Shown here: positions 26,181-37,828 of the stretch, piece by piece | Numbering within the stretch: the first letter of the stretch is position 1 | Layout: each line of letters starts with the position of its first letter | Translations under genes and position numbers: made by a program | NCBI GenBank assembly: GCA_965655095.1 | Contig: OZ296657.1 | Coordinates: 34,224,001-34,288,000 of the forward strand | Direction: 5' to 3' | Origin: Haplodiscus bocki | Taxonomy: Eukaryota | Length of the DNA stretch: 64,000 nt | The notes under the pieces: model-generated | What the model saw: the letters and a program-made list of their open reading frames with translations, nothing else | What the model was told of the DNA's origin: nothing | Databases searched by the model: none

Positions 26181-27639
26181 TCCAAAAACTCATCAGTTAT
26201 CGGTGAGCGCAACGAAAGTGAAGCGAACCCTCTGCAGCCGCTGAAAACCTTGAATAATTTTCTTTCGTGTCCACTTTCAACCCAAAATTCTTTCTGGACG
26301 CTCATTTTCCCACTTTTCGGACAGATTTTTCTGATCTCTGCAGAAAGGTCACATTAAGGCACTACTCTCACATGCATTTTTTGGTCTGTGGTCCGATATT
26401 TTTTTATAGTTCTCTGTGGCAAAGAAACTTGAAAATCGAGCTAATTTTGTACACTTTGATCATAGTTGTCATGAATTATGTCGTTTATTTCGCTTAAAAA
26501 GCCCTAAATTGCCTGATTTTTAGACGTGTTTTATGAAGAGACTCTGTTTTACCACAAGCTAAATTTTCGTTGCCGATCGACCTAGCTCTTCAAATTACTT
26601 CAAATTTGAACAAGCATAAGAGTACATCTCGAATCTATGTTGTTTGATTACTGTTGAGGTTTCGAATGTTTTCTTTATGGTTTTTTGCGAACCGATCTTG
26701 AAAGTCGTACTTTTTTCAACATTCTCGGTCAATCTTCAGTTCTGCGTGCTGAAAGCAAAACCAAGAAAAACTTTGTTTGGTACGCTGTAGGCGAAAGTCA
26801 CGAATCCTTAATGCACATTTTGGTTGCTAAGAGAATTTTTTTGTTGTGAACTTTTATGCGGAAGAGTCTTGAAAATCGAGCATTGGTGTTTTGAAGATAT
26901 TTGTCTATTTTCATTCCTATATCGTGGCACCTGGGACTTCAACCCACTTGAAGTTCGAATAGCTTTAATCATAGAATCCCATCCGTGAGATAGTTTTTTT
27001 CATATCGGTGTCAATGTTTCTGGCTAGGTTTTTTCGTTGAATTTTTTTTTCAAAAAACGAGCTGTTTTGAATCCCCTGTCACTTTGAACTCCGATAGGAA
27101 GACCCTAATCAATTGTCTTGCACCGTTTGGCTACGGTTACAGAATACAAGATTTTTAGATAGTTTTTTAGCAAGAGAAACTTGGAAATCGAGCTGTTTCC
27201 AGGTTTTATCCGTGAATTTTAGTACTATGTGTTAAAACCTTAGCCTGAAAAGGCTCAGATTTTCCATTGACATAAGGGGTCTTTAGTGTTTTATCTCTGT
27301 CAAATGTCCCTGTTTTTTTTCAGTTAAACCTGGAAACTACCAGAATTCTCGGTTAGGGTAACAGGAAGGCTCCATTTGTTAACCCTTTAGTTTCGAGTCC
27401 CAAAATATTTCAATGTAATATCAACGAAACAAACATCCAGGTCGGGATGTTTTGAAAGTTTTGTGAATGTTTTATCCCCTATCCTGAAAAGCAAGGACTG
27501 GAAATGAAGCCTTTCTGGAATTGTAATATCAAATCCACTCCAATGTTTCCCACACTATGTTTTGTTGCAGTCAGAGTTTTTTGATAAAATTTCTCCAGTC
27601 AGTCCTTTTTGATCAGTATTTAATAGCTTAGATTCGTAA

Positions 27640-28110
27640 AGTCCTTGGAATAGAGTGGTTTCATTTCAAAAGTGGTTGCACGCTCTACTTGTTTTTGGGA
27701 AGCTCTTGCCACAAGCCCAGCACTGAGCCCTTATTTTGTATGTTTTTTCTGTGCTTCCTATTCGTTACCGACCGAAAATGCCAAAAGTGTTATCAATGAT
27801 TAAATCAAAGTTTTCGAAATCATTTTTCTGTACAACTACGAGTTTGATTTGTTCATCAAGGGATCAAGCAACAGCTCTCAACTCAGGAAGACTTTTCAGT
27901 AGGAAAGTGATGAATTTTGATTTTTGCATCGGAGTCCTCATAGTCCACAAATTCCCAAGAATTGATATTAGATTTGACATATCCCCATATTCGAATTCTC
28001 ATTTTTCCAGAAGTGTTAGTTTGACACGTTCTATCAACGTTTCAACTGACTTGTTTTTGTTTCTGGAGGGTCTTCGAAATAATATTCTTTCATTTTTGCA
28101 CAATCAAAGT
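27640..28110 (-). repeat. Degenerate ~172-bp tandem repeat family, cluster B
   Basis: The reverse complement contains GTTGAAACGTTGATAGAACGTGTCAAACTAACACTTCTGGAAAA and TTGATCCCTTGATGAACAAATCAAACTCGTAGTTGTACAGAAAA, ~180 bp apart, plus TTTGGCATTTTC. Confidence 0.55.
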
Positions 28111-29673
28111 TTTGATTAGCGGCCGAAGAGCGCAACTATTTTTGTTATTTTGTCGTTATTTAAACTAATACTTTTCTAAAGCTGTTTTGCGATACAAAAC
28201 TGTTTGCGCAGGTGTATTAAAACTTTATTTTGAACTAAATTTTTTAAAAATTTAAATTTTGAAGAAACATACAATACGTCCTTCATTTCTTCCGACAGGT
28301 TCTCAATCGACCACAAATAACAAAGTTTTTTGGGACAACTAGTTGTTATATGTTCGATCAATCATTTGTACACCCCTTTGATGGAGAATATCGCAGTGCA
28401 AGTGCTCCTCTTGTTTAGTATTTTCGCATTTATAATCGGCAAAGTAATAATTTTATGTTTAGTTTCTTCCTACACTCATCTCGATGAAGTAGCGTATTCT
28501 CGGGAGTCCTACTAAAACACCAATTATTTGAAAAGATTATCATTCATTTTTCCAATCGTGTTTGTCCTTGAATAATAGTCGCAACTCAAATTCGGCACGA
28601 AAACAGATGTCTAGTAGGAGCCTTCGGTTGGGGCCAGAGGACAGCCCTACTGTTTGGTGAATTTCAGCCGCCGTGAGTTCCCAGCTGAAGCTTTCATTTT
28701 AACATTTTAAAAAATTCTTGACTTCTCTCTAATCTACCTATCTACCTTTACAATGCCACTGAAATGCGGCGACATATCAGACAGATACACAAAAATCAAA
28801 TTTAAGAGTTTAACAAATCATGGTGTTCCACGTGATTATTTGCTATCAGGCATCAAGTGAAACTGATAGCTATTGATTTTACTTTTTCCTCCTTCGGACT
28901 TCGCAAGCTTCTTCGTGTCTGCTCGAATGGGCGATGCTGATCGCAAAAGTGAACCGAAAAAATGTATGCTTATCTTTTAATTTTAATCATATCTACTTTT
29001 TTCGCTTCCCCCAAGCTAGATCGAGCGTCACTGCTCTCTTAGATTTTCAAGCACTTGTAGTCGGATTTTAGATTCAAGTATTCAGATTCATTTCTCAGCT
29101 TCGTCACATTCGTTCGCATCTTGTTTTCTGCTTTTCTGAAATGGTGAACATTCATCACTTCTCATTTTTGTTGATTCCTAAAGTGTTGAGAAATGGCTAC
29201 TATTCAGAGCGTAGAAATGGAGCAGCAGACCATTGAATGCAGTTGTTAGCGCTAAATGCGTTGCACCGTTGGCGCATTTGTTTTTCTCCCTTATATTATA
29301 TTTTGCACTTAGGGCGTTGAAGTTTCAAATCGCCAGTTTATTAGGGTCGCTTCGAGTTTTTCTTGTCGTGATCACAACTTGCAACTGTTCCGAGAGTTTG
29401 TTCATACCGTATTTTGTTACATAGGTTGTTTATGGCCCTGAAATTTTAAAGCAATTTTCTCGCATCGAATTGTTCTTCCTGGCCCGTAGAATTACATACG
29501 GAAAGTTGGATTTCAAAATCGTTCCTCGATGTGCTTTTGCGGCAAATCGCCCGATAGAGGCCTTTTTCCGGTGGAAAACATTTTTTCAAAATCATATCAC
29601 AACTGTTCAAGGAAAGTTTTGAAAAATCTTCTTGAAAACAATTTTTGTGATCGAGAAGTGGGCGATGTTGATA

Positions 29674-29900
29674 AGTAGTATAGGTTGGGGGGGGGGGGGT
29701 TACCGAACACTTTCGTGCTCCCTACAGTAATATAACAATTCGACGTTCCTATTCGATATCTGTGGAACAATTGTTACGGTCAAAGTTCAGTATCGCACTC
29801 TAGTTTCTTTGTTGACTGAACAAATATGAAGTTCGTATGAGCAAACTTCTATTCTAACAGTTAGCGAACTATATATTGAGGCAAAAAGTCATGAAATTTG
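29674..29900 (+). repeat. Polinton left terminal inverted repeat
   Basis: Matches the reverse complement of 40039-40266 with roughly 16 differences counted by eye (~92% identity). Contains a G13 tract. Confidence 0.95.
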
Positions 29901-30248
29901 CGTTTTTAAGTTCATGACGGAGTGTTCACTCTACTTCACCCATTTTTAGGGTTGGTAAAATTTTAATTACCTCAAATTTACAGTAGTACAGTACAGAAAA
30001 CGGAAAACTTTCAACATTTTACAAACGAGAGGTCTCTCAAACGAAGTACGAAGTTATCCTGTTTCGGTACTGTGAGACAAAAAACCGACAATTAAGCAGA
30101 ACCACCTCTTTGGTCAACCTAAAGTTTTAGACCAGGTTGACGCTCAGTACCGACTTCAAGGTGATCTCAGCTTGTTTTGGGGTTTTCAATTCGATAGAAA
30201 GCGTACAGAGGCATTAAACTTGAGGCAGCACTTGGGAATAGCGCAGAA

Positions 30249-30762
30249 ATGAAGTTTTGTCCTCAACAATATTTTCGAAAATTGGAAGTCCGTTGCGCAG
30301 GTACCCTAACATTGCGTCCCGAAAATCCTGTGCTTTCGGAAAATGAGGACTCCGACGAGAAACAAATGCTTGACGATGATGAGGACGAACTTTTTAGTGA
30401 TGATCGCAGCCTGGACTGTGCGTCTTCGTCAACATCGGTTGTTTCCATGCACTCAAAATTTACAATGGACAGTTACGGTTGGTTTTTTTACTTCTGCATC
30501 CCGGAATCTGTTTTGGAAAAGTTTTGAGAATGTTGTTGACTGTATTGACCTTTTTTTAGCTTCAATTGATCCCGGTTTTATTCCTCGCTCCGAGGACGAC
30601 ACTGCCGACATGGACACATCAGACGTTTGTGATTTCGAGAACCTAACAGACAATTATGAGAGTAGTGGAGATGAACAGCAGCGTCAAAACACAAACATCA
30701 ATTGTCCCTTTATTGACTTTGAAGCAATTGAAGAATCCATTACTTCTTCTACGCTTCAATAA
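30249..30762 (+). pseudogene. Acidic protein of unknown function (frameshifted); the only plus-strand gene in the element
   Basis: Two overlapping D/E-rich frames (ENEDSDEKQMLDDDEDELFSDD; SEDDTADMDTSDVCDFE...CPFIDFEAIEE) join with one frameshift near 30520. AATAAA follows the stop directly. Confidence 0.5.
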
Positions 30763-30776
30763 TAAAGCACTGGAGA

Positions 30777-31461
30777 TTAACTTATACTATTTCTGTGGCT
30801 CGAAAAGGTTCGAATAGATTTTTGAATTAACAGCCACTTTATTTTATACAAAAGGTTAGTATTACAGTGTTCATTGCAAAATAAAACCAAATCTATGTCC
30901 TGTAAGTTCTTTAGTGGTTGAAAAACAGACAAAATGAAACAATCGAAGTCGCAGTAACGTACAGATTTTTGTTCAATTTTTTGAATCAAATAATGCGCGA
31001 TGTAGAGGCAATAGAGACCACAAGTGTTTGAATGTGGAGACTGGATTGGTAATCTAACGTTTTTTTTTAATTTTTTTAATTTCTGTTTTATCCGAAATTT
31101 TTATCAAGTGATCAAAGAATAATTGATAGCGTCCTACGGGCTGGCCCAACGGATCCCAAACACAGAAAGAGAAACCTCTTGTCTCTCGACGGTTGTGTTG
31201 TTGTTGTTGATCATATAAAAGAAGCCAATGTACTCCAGCAGATCCAGCACTCGACGTGTTTACAATAAATTAAGTTTGAACATGTAGAATTGAATCGTGT
31301 TCGCTCTTCTCTTGTTTGTTTTGCTGCTTCATGAAATTTTGTCGATGTGGTGGCAAGGAGAAAAGCAATCCAAATATGTCGGCTGACCATACTCCGCCAA
31401 ATTTTGCCCTCGAAGAAGCACAACACGTTTGGGCTACTTCAGCTAGGGTTATGTTATCCAT
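30777..31461 (-). pseudogene. Adenain-type cysteine protease (Polinton PRO), disrupted
   Basis: MDN...KFGGVWSAD...*FIVNTSSAGSAGVHWLLL...VWDPLG, then after a frameshift in the A-rich tract at ~31060-31080, PIQSPHSNTCGLYCLY. Catalytic H, D, Q and C are all present. Confidence 0.9.
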
Positions 31462-32823
31462 TGATCAAACTGTTTTTGGAAATGTTGCGCATGGCGTCAA
31501 TAAAGATTTGGCTGAAGCGTTCACCAACTAAAAATAATTCTACGGGATGAGTCAGGGCTTCTGTAAAACTCAACTTCAATGTAATACCTGCTCCTGTAAG
31601 CTCTGGAAATAAGGTGAGGGCTTTACCGGCCTCTCTCGACGAAGTCAAATCGAATACTAGAAGTTAGTGATTTTTTTCAAAATCACTCATTTCTATACCG
31701 TTGCCACCTTTTGTGAAACCAAGAGCACAAATTGTGTTGTAAAACAAACGAGTATTTTTGGTCGTGTCAATTGGTTTTCCGGCAATTGGAACGCCATTGC
31801 CCCGCTGAATTTCAATTTACTCAATTGAAACTTTTTGTATTGGAAAGTTGTGTTTTCAATTGTTGATCCGCGAAAAAACTTGTTTCTGACCATAGAAAGA
31901 GTTAATCTTCGCACAGGTTCGGTGCCGAAAATATTTTCCTTGACAAAACAATTTTGTCCAGCCTGAATGATGAAACTTTTGTTTAGACTTTCAATATATG
32001 GATAAACTGCTGGGCTTTTTGTCAAGGCTCTTTCAATGCTGACTTTGACAGCATCGGACAAGACAACTTTGTTGACAAACAAAGAAGCTCTTTCAATTAC
32101 TACTGCGTACGGTGTCTGGTCAACTCGTTTGATGTCTGCTGCCTCCCACGTTCCCACCCTATCGACTGCGCAATTGTTTGGTGATCGGTAAAAGCGCAAA
32201 TGGAGTGTAACACCCGGCAGCAAAAGCCGTTCACAGTCCAAAAAGTCTACGTGTGGTGCTCCATACAACTCAAGATTGAATTGTTCGCCCTTTCTGAAAT
32301 CGTTCAGCTCCTTCTCTTTTGCTTTTGCATTTGCCTTGTCATTCGCTCTATACCTGTAACCTTGACAGGGGGCCCACGTTCGTTTACTGGCAATGTCTGT
32401 GGTCAATTCGGTTTCAATAAATGCTAAGTGATGATAGTTGTTGTTGCTGCTAGAAATCAACTTCCCATTCAGGAACATCTCTACGTGTGAAAACAAGGAA
32501 TGTAACGTGTTGTTTGCGAATGTCAGCTCTACATCTGCTGGTTTGACTTCTTCTGTGGCATCAGGTTGGTATAGGCACATTTCTAGAGATAGGCAAATGC
32601 GGTTCAAATCGATACAGTTCTTGTTTTCTGTGGTTACAAAAAAATCCAACTGGGGTCCGCGGCAGCCCACATGGGGAAAAACTTCTTGATCAAAAGAGCC
32701 TTCGTAATTAATCAAAACACTTGGTCTCTCGAAAAAGTCAAGCGCACTATGTGTCACCGGATTGGCAATCTCTGTTGATCGACTGAATAAAGCTGTTGCA
32801 TTGTTGTTGTTGCTCGCTGCCAT
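31454..32823 (-). pseudogene. Double-jelly-roll major capsid protein (Polinton MCP), disrupted
   Basis: SALDFFERP...QLDFFV...IDLNRICL, NNTLHSLFSHVEMFLNGKLIS and LLLPGVTLHLRFYR. After a frameshift at ~31817: GNGVPIAG...H*LLVFDLTS...ITLKLSFTEAL...IFIDAMRNI. Confidence 0.9.
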
Positions 32824-32858
32824 CGTGCTAACTCCGGTAAATCCTTCTTATTATACCA

Positions 32859-33416
32859 TCAACTAAAGTTTATTTTGGATAATATGTCAGACCGACTTCT
32901 CTTGGCGGGACTCTTTTTCAGAATGCCTTCTTTTGGGGGAGAAGGGTGGTGTTGGTGGGGCACGACAACATGGACTGGTGAAGTTTTGACACTTGTTGAA
33001 CGTTTTCTAGCCGGGGGTGTCCGCCCAGCCGGCCGCCCGCAGCGTTTCGCGCGCCCGCCCGCTGCTCCGCCGGTACCGGCGACGACCGCTCCGGCGCCAG
33101 CCTCGGCGACGCGACGCGTCCCGGTAGCCTTGGCAATGGTTTTGGTAGCTGAATTTTTCAAAACATCTCGAAAAGCTTTGCGAGTTCTCTTCTTGCCAGA
33201 AACAATGTTCGCCAATTCGGGAACAAAGGAAGAGACCAAGTTTCTGCCAAACTCTTTGGACACGGGCAAGACATTTTTTTTCATCAAAGGCATCGCCACT
33301 CGGCCCATTCGCATGGCAAACGCACCCATTCCACCAGAGCCAAACGGTCGCGCTGGTCCGTGGATTGTTGATGGCTGATGTTGCTGTCGAATTTGAAAAT
33401 CATAATGAGCATCCAT
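32859..33416 (-). CDS. Basic putative virion core protein (185 aa)
   Basis: Intact ORF between penton and MCP. RPFGSGGMGAF...RVAMPLMKK...IVSGKK followed by a K/R-rich tail ending SDIL matches the pattern of Polinton core-like proteins found at this position. Confidence 0.7.
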   Translation of the reverse strand: MDAHYDFQIRQQHQPSTIHGPARPFGSGGMGAFAMRMGRVAMPLMKKNVLPVSKEFGRNLVSSFVPELANIVSGKKRTRKAFRDVLKNSATKTIAKATGTRRVAEAGAGAVVAGTGGAAGGRAKRCGRPAGRTPPARKRSTSVKTSPVHVVVPHQHHPSPPKEGILKKSPAKRSRSDILSKINFS

Positions 33417-33589
33417 TTTTGAGAATTAGTAGTAATAGTAGTAGTAAATTTAGTAGCAGGAGCAGTAACAAGTAACACCTTTTTGCGACTGTTTTATTGA
33501 TTAGCTCATCAAAAGAATGATGATGCTCTTGGTACTAACACGTTTTGGTTGGCGACGACAAATATGGTGTTGGAAGAGTGATTTTTAGC

Positions 33590-34531
33590 CTATTGCTCTA
33601 TGTGTTGTCGAAAGTGTAAAGTGAGGTTAGTCCGACCGCCACTGAGAAACGGAACCAATTGACCAGTTTCGTTGCGAAGCGATACTGAAATAGACTCTAT
33701 GCTAGACTTTACGATGCGGCGCCATTGAAGGTTGTTAAAGGTCCGATAATTCTGCTGTTGATGGTTCCCAGTAGTCGATCGTTCTGTCAGCGGAATGGCT
33801 CTCAGCAAGGCAGTACGGCTATCTCCCAAGATTTCATTTTGCACCAGATCGCAATACAGAAAAATTGTGTTGCAGCCACCACTGAGGTCTGTTGGAAACT
33901 TTCCCACGTTCTTTGATATAGCTTGCCTATTGTTGCCTTCTTTTGATTTGTCGTTTCCAGAGCAGTCAATGAGTGTTTTCATGCCCAAAACGTTCTGTAA
34001 GTCTTGGGATATGGTTTCCAAAAACATACACTCTTGATTGTTGCCTTCATAGTATACTTTCAGAGCTTCTGATGGGGCATCCAGCTTCCACGAGAGGTGA
34101 AACTTGTCGCCCACGGTTCTTACGAACATTTTGTTGCAAATTGAAAGCAAAATTTGATCAACGCTAAGATAGACACCGGGTTTGATATTTGTAATTGTTT
34201 CGACAAACGTCTCTTGAACAGATCGTATTGGTGGCTGGTACATTGTAACCATTCCGTAGGGCCTTTCGCTTAGTTTTCTTTTTCGATTTTCCGAGCTATC
34301 GCCACCGCCATAATTTTGTGATTTTTCCGCTGCGACGCGATACTTGAACTGGCCGTATGTTATGTTTTGACTTGCCGCGGGCCATGCAATTTCGACCAGT
34401 GCCACTTCCCAAAAACCAGATAGGTTAAGTTGTTGAGGTAAAAGAGTTGTGAACTGGGACAATGTGTTTTCGGGAAATGTGGTCATAGATGCGTTGGATA
34501 CCAAATTTATACTGAATTCCCTCAATGACAT
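33590..34531 (-). CDS. Minor capsid protein (penton, single jelly roll), 313 aa
   Basis: FSINLVSNAS...FPENTLSQFTTLLP...WEVALVEIAWP at the N-terminus. IFLYCDLV...GDSRTALLRAIP...IESISVSLRNETGQLVPF...TLHFR at the C-terminus. Intact ORF. Confidence 0.9.
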   Translation of the reverse strand: MSLREFSINLVSNASMTTFPENTLSQFTTLLPQQLNLSGFWEVALVEIAWPAASQNITYGQFKYRVAAEKSQNYGGGDSSENRKRKLSERPYGMVTMYQPPIRSVQETFVETITNIKPGVYLSVDQILLSICNKMFVRTVGDKFHLSWKLDAPSEALKVYYEGNNQECMFLETISQDLQNVLGMKTLIDCSGNDKSKEGNNRQAISKNVGKFPTDLSGGCNTIFLYCDLVQNEILGDSRTALLRAIPLTERSTTGNHQQQNYRTFNNLQWRRIVKSSIESISVSLRNETGQLVPFLSGGRTNLTLHFRQHIEQ

Positions 34532-34565
34532 TTGATTCGTGTTTTAGTGTAGAACAAATTGGAAA

Positions 34566-35787
34566 CTAATTTTCGAAGGGAGTCAATTCGGCTTCGTAAA
34601 ATTTGCCCTGAATCAACTGATTGTTGGCGTCTTTAATGCTGTATGTGGGCGGGTTCCGTGTTTGAACTGCGGCAATGGTTAAAACCTCCTCTGTAAACTG
34701 AATTCGGTAACCCCGATGAAATGTTTCAATTTTTCGTTTTATTCTCACTTGCTGGCCCATTTTGTATTTGGGCGGGCGAATTTGATTGCAACACTGAAGT
34801 GAAAGCAAATAAGGAACATCATTTTTTCCAAAGTCTTTTGGCGCTAACTTTGTGATCCGATTCACTCTGCAATTAATCACATTTAAGAATTGCTGCAAAT
34901 TTTCAATATACGTATCTGTGTTGTTTTCGTGCAGAAATTTGAAAATTATTGCCTTCAAAGATCGGATGTTTCGTTCCGCAAACGCCGATTTGGTTTCGCT
35001 ATGTGTTGAATACAGACCGATGTCATTTTCTCGGCAAAAATGAGAAAATTCGCCGGCGAACTCTAGACCTTTATCCACCCAAATCTTCTCCGGTTTCGGC
35101 AGAGTATTTGACTTGGACCGACAAAACATCGGTTTCATCATCATCATTGTCTTCGAACTGACTCTTTTTGAACGAAGCGATTCCATGATTTTCTGCAATG
35201 CATCTTCACATTCTGCAGCAGTTTTTTTTCAATGGTAACGCCCAAACAAAGCGGCTCAGTGTGTCTACCGCAACAAAAATAAAATTGATTCCATGGTTGT
35301 ATCGAGACGATTTTTGCATATCTGCCAAATCAATGGACCAAATTTCATTTAATCGAAAACTCTGAACCTTCAATCTAGGAAGGCGGTTTCTGGTTTGTTT
35401 AAATTTGGTGTAAGTCTCGCTGCGATTTAGATAATTGTCAACTTGTCGGTAACTACAATTCGACGTTTTCTTTAGAGCATTCCTACCGGCAAAAGCAGCC
35501 GGATTGTTACAAGATGTATAAAATGTATGTATTCTGCTGTAGGCTAAGGACTCCGCTGTGGGGTTGACAATTTTCCGTGTCACCGCACATTTTGAGCAGA
35601 AAAAGTCTGCGGATTTTTTGTAGTCATCGACGCGTTTAAGACCACTGCAGGTGAAGTATACCCAACCACAAATGTTGCACCATATCGAAGGTTTATGACG
35701 TGAACCTTTGCCCAACAACTTGGCGCAATTGCCACAGTGGTATTTTGGTTTGACTTTTGAGTTCCCACCACTTTTTCTGTGCCTCAT
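34566..35787 (-). pseudogene. RVE (retroviral-type) integrase with N-terminal PHD-like zinc finger; one frameshift
   Basis: DDE triad: WSIDLADM, IWVDKGLEF, SAFAERNIRSLK. Also VDTLSRFVWALPLK and a C-terminal GKFYEAEL. The frameshift is in an A8 run at 35222-35229. Residues 18-67 form CxxC...CxxC-W-x-(H>Y)xxC...CxxC. Confidence 0.93.
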
Positions 35788-35866
35788 TATTGTGTCCTCG
35801 AAACAATCAACTGTTTAAAAAAGAATGCCTTGTGGTAAATGAATTGCCAACAAGTATCTGATTCGC

Positions 35867-36531
35867 TCAGTATAGTCGCAGCCACTTCGCTGTAGAACAA
35901 CCTCCAATTTCCTCTTTGTCATTGCTGTCATACGCCGCCACTTCTGTTGCTACGCGCCTTGCATGTGTGTTTGCGAGTAAAAAGTTTGGCAGTTTCAACC
36001 GTTTCACTAGATCTAGCGTTCCTTCGTTCAAGTTTTTTGTGGTTGTTTGTAAGTCATTCAAAAAGTCAAAAACCGTCAGACCGAGATCTCGGTCATGAAG
36101 CAACAGTCGACCGGAGTTACCATCGATCGATACGACACTGCATTGATCGACCTTCTGAAGGATTTGCCTTGCCCGCTCAACTTTGCCCCCAGAAAGTCCC
36201 GAGGACAATAAATCGAGGACTATTTTGTCAGTCTTCGCTATGGTTTTGGTTCGGTCGGCTAGCGTGTCATCGGGAGTTGCGTCTTTGCGACTTTGCGCCT
36301 GTGTAAGTCTGGAATTCAAGGTTAATTGGGTGCAAAGTTTTTTGTCGTCGGTCTCGGAATTACTCTTGTCTTGCGTATCAATTTGAGAGAGAGTTCCTGA
36401 TGTCTTCTGATTTAGTGCCTTGTACCAGTGTGTCCTTTTATTCGGAACCCATTTTTTTCGTGGTTGAATGAATTCCTGGGGGAAAGGAGAGACGTGTATT
36501 CGTCCAACGTTATCAGCACAATTTCTTTCAT
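35867..36531 (-). pseudogene. Conserved Polinton protein of unknown function upstream of the integrase (disrupted)
   Basis: Starts MKEIVLITLDEYTSLL one base after the preceding stop, followed by a stop and a frameshift. Continues as RARQILQKV...SIDGNSGRLLL...VFDFLNDLQ and ends KWLRLY. Confidence 0.6.
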
Positions 36532-36532
36532 G

Positions 36533-36868
36533 CTACTGTTTGATGTCGAGTCGTTTCCTCAAATGATTGAGAACAGATGGCTCGATGAGTTTCAGAAGTT
36601 TGATACCATTCCTGGTAGCTAGAAGTTGACGCTTTCTCCTAATCCTACATTTCTTTTTACAAAGAGTTTCAATATTGGACTGATGCCTCTTCAGTTTTAT
36701 CACCGATACGTTCGCAGTCATTCTAATTCCACCATGTACAACATTAAACAGACAGTTACAGAAAAACTTAATCAGCTCAGTGGGACAGTGTAAAAGAAAA
36801 GACTGTTTCAAAATTGGTTTAATTTTACTGAAAAGCTCACGAGTATAAAAGTCGCGTTGACTCATCAT
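36533..36868 (-). CDS. Small basic Polinton protein (111 aa)
   Basis: LIKFFCNCLFNVVHGGI...KLKRHQSNIETLCKKK...RKRQLL...GIKLLKLIEPSV resembles the conserved basic protein found downstream of Polinton ATPases. Confidence 0.65.
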   Translation of the reverse strand: MMSQRDFYTRELFSKIKPILKQSFLLHCPTELIKFFCNCLFNVVHGGIRMTANVSVIKLKRHQSNIETLCKKKCRIRRKRQLLATRNGIKLLKLIEPSVLNHLRKRLDIKQ

Positions 36869-37538
36869 TCAATATCTCTTTTGTTCGAGTTGTAGAGATA
36901 TAAAAAACACTATGCTGGGAGCCACTACAGTTTGAACAGTATTTCAGTTTTTGATCTGTTTGTGGATCCAAATCTATCAATAAATGACCAAAAGGTTTTC
37001 GCGTAGCTCTTTTATAGGCTTCTAAAAGGAGTTTTCTGTCCCCCAGTTGTCTACCCAACACTCCAATTTGTTCGACATCTCGGGGACTTTTGAAACGAAT
37101 CATCTGCGTTACGTTGAGATCAATCGTTTTCGAAGTTTTGGCGGGTTGCTAAATATTATGTCTCAAAGTCATCAGATGTATATTTCGATGTCTTCCAGCA
37201 ACAACCAAGTTGAGAAACATTCCATCTTCACAAGCATCTTGATACAGGTCGTCAATAACTACTAGTGTTCTTAGCTTCTCGGCTTCGCTCCTGTCCACTG
37301 CTGCCCATTGAAGTTCTTGATCAAACTCAATTGGTAGTTTTTCCTGCATGCATCCCAACAAAAGCCATTCGTAATCAGATTGAAAATGCTTATAAAAGTA
37401 CAGAATTTTCTCGAAGCAAGGTCTGAATATGGTCTTTTGATTGAGAATTATTTGAGAAACCAGTTTAGTTTTTCCGCATCCACCAGGGCCAATGATCGAT
37501 ATGAAGCAATGTGGATCGGTATTAATTTTTTTGTTCAT
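36837..37538 (-). pseudogene. A32/FtsK-HerA-type genome packaging ATPase with one premature stop
   Basis: Walker A GPGGCGKT, Walker B LVVIDDL, and GRHRNI. A single in-frame TAG at 37149-37151 is followed in the same frame by QPAKTSKTIDLNVTQMIRFKSPRDVEQIGVLGRQL...PFGHLLIDL. Confidence 0.93.
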
Positions 37539-37828
37539 GGTTTTGGGCCAGGAATGATGTATCCAATGCAAGCCGATAGTAATGCTAGGACTCCGGAGTG
37601 ATAGTTAGTTTGAGAACTGAAAGTCAAGAAACCAATACTGAATGAAACCACGACAATAATGATTAAAGAGTGTAATGTCAAAATGAAAAACGCTCGGTTG
37701 CATGTAATTCTTTTGAGGCAGCATAAATTAGCTTCGAAGGGGGATCTTTCTTACTTTTGCTGATCAAAAATAACGTTTTCATTGTTGATCGGATCAGGGA
37801 AATCGTCGGTGCTGACGCGCGCTGTCAT
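37535..37828 (-). pseudogene. Small two-transmembrane protein (97 codons, one internal stop); absent from the ORF track
   Basis: MTARVSTDD...QQK*ERSPFEANLCCLKRITCNRAFFILTLHSLIIIVVVSFSIGFLTFSSQTNYHSGVLALLSACIGYIIPGPKP. Its start and stop overlap both neighbouring genes as ATGA. Confidence 0.75.

Noticed and set aside
32875-33378. 167-aa plus-strand ORF
   Set aside because: Antisense shadow of the GC-rich core protein gene.
33425-33478. Internal AGTAGT repeats resembling the element terminus
   Set aside because: Simple trinucleotide-like tract with no TIR sequence following it.
37149-37151. Stop-codon readthrough or an alternative genetic code in the ATPase and other viral genes
   Set aside because: Both TAG and TAA occur internally, frameshifts are also present, and the same codons end intact genes. 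Mutational decay is the simpler explanation.
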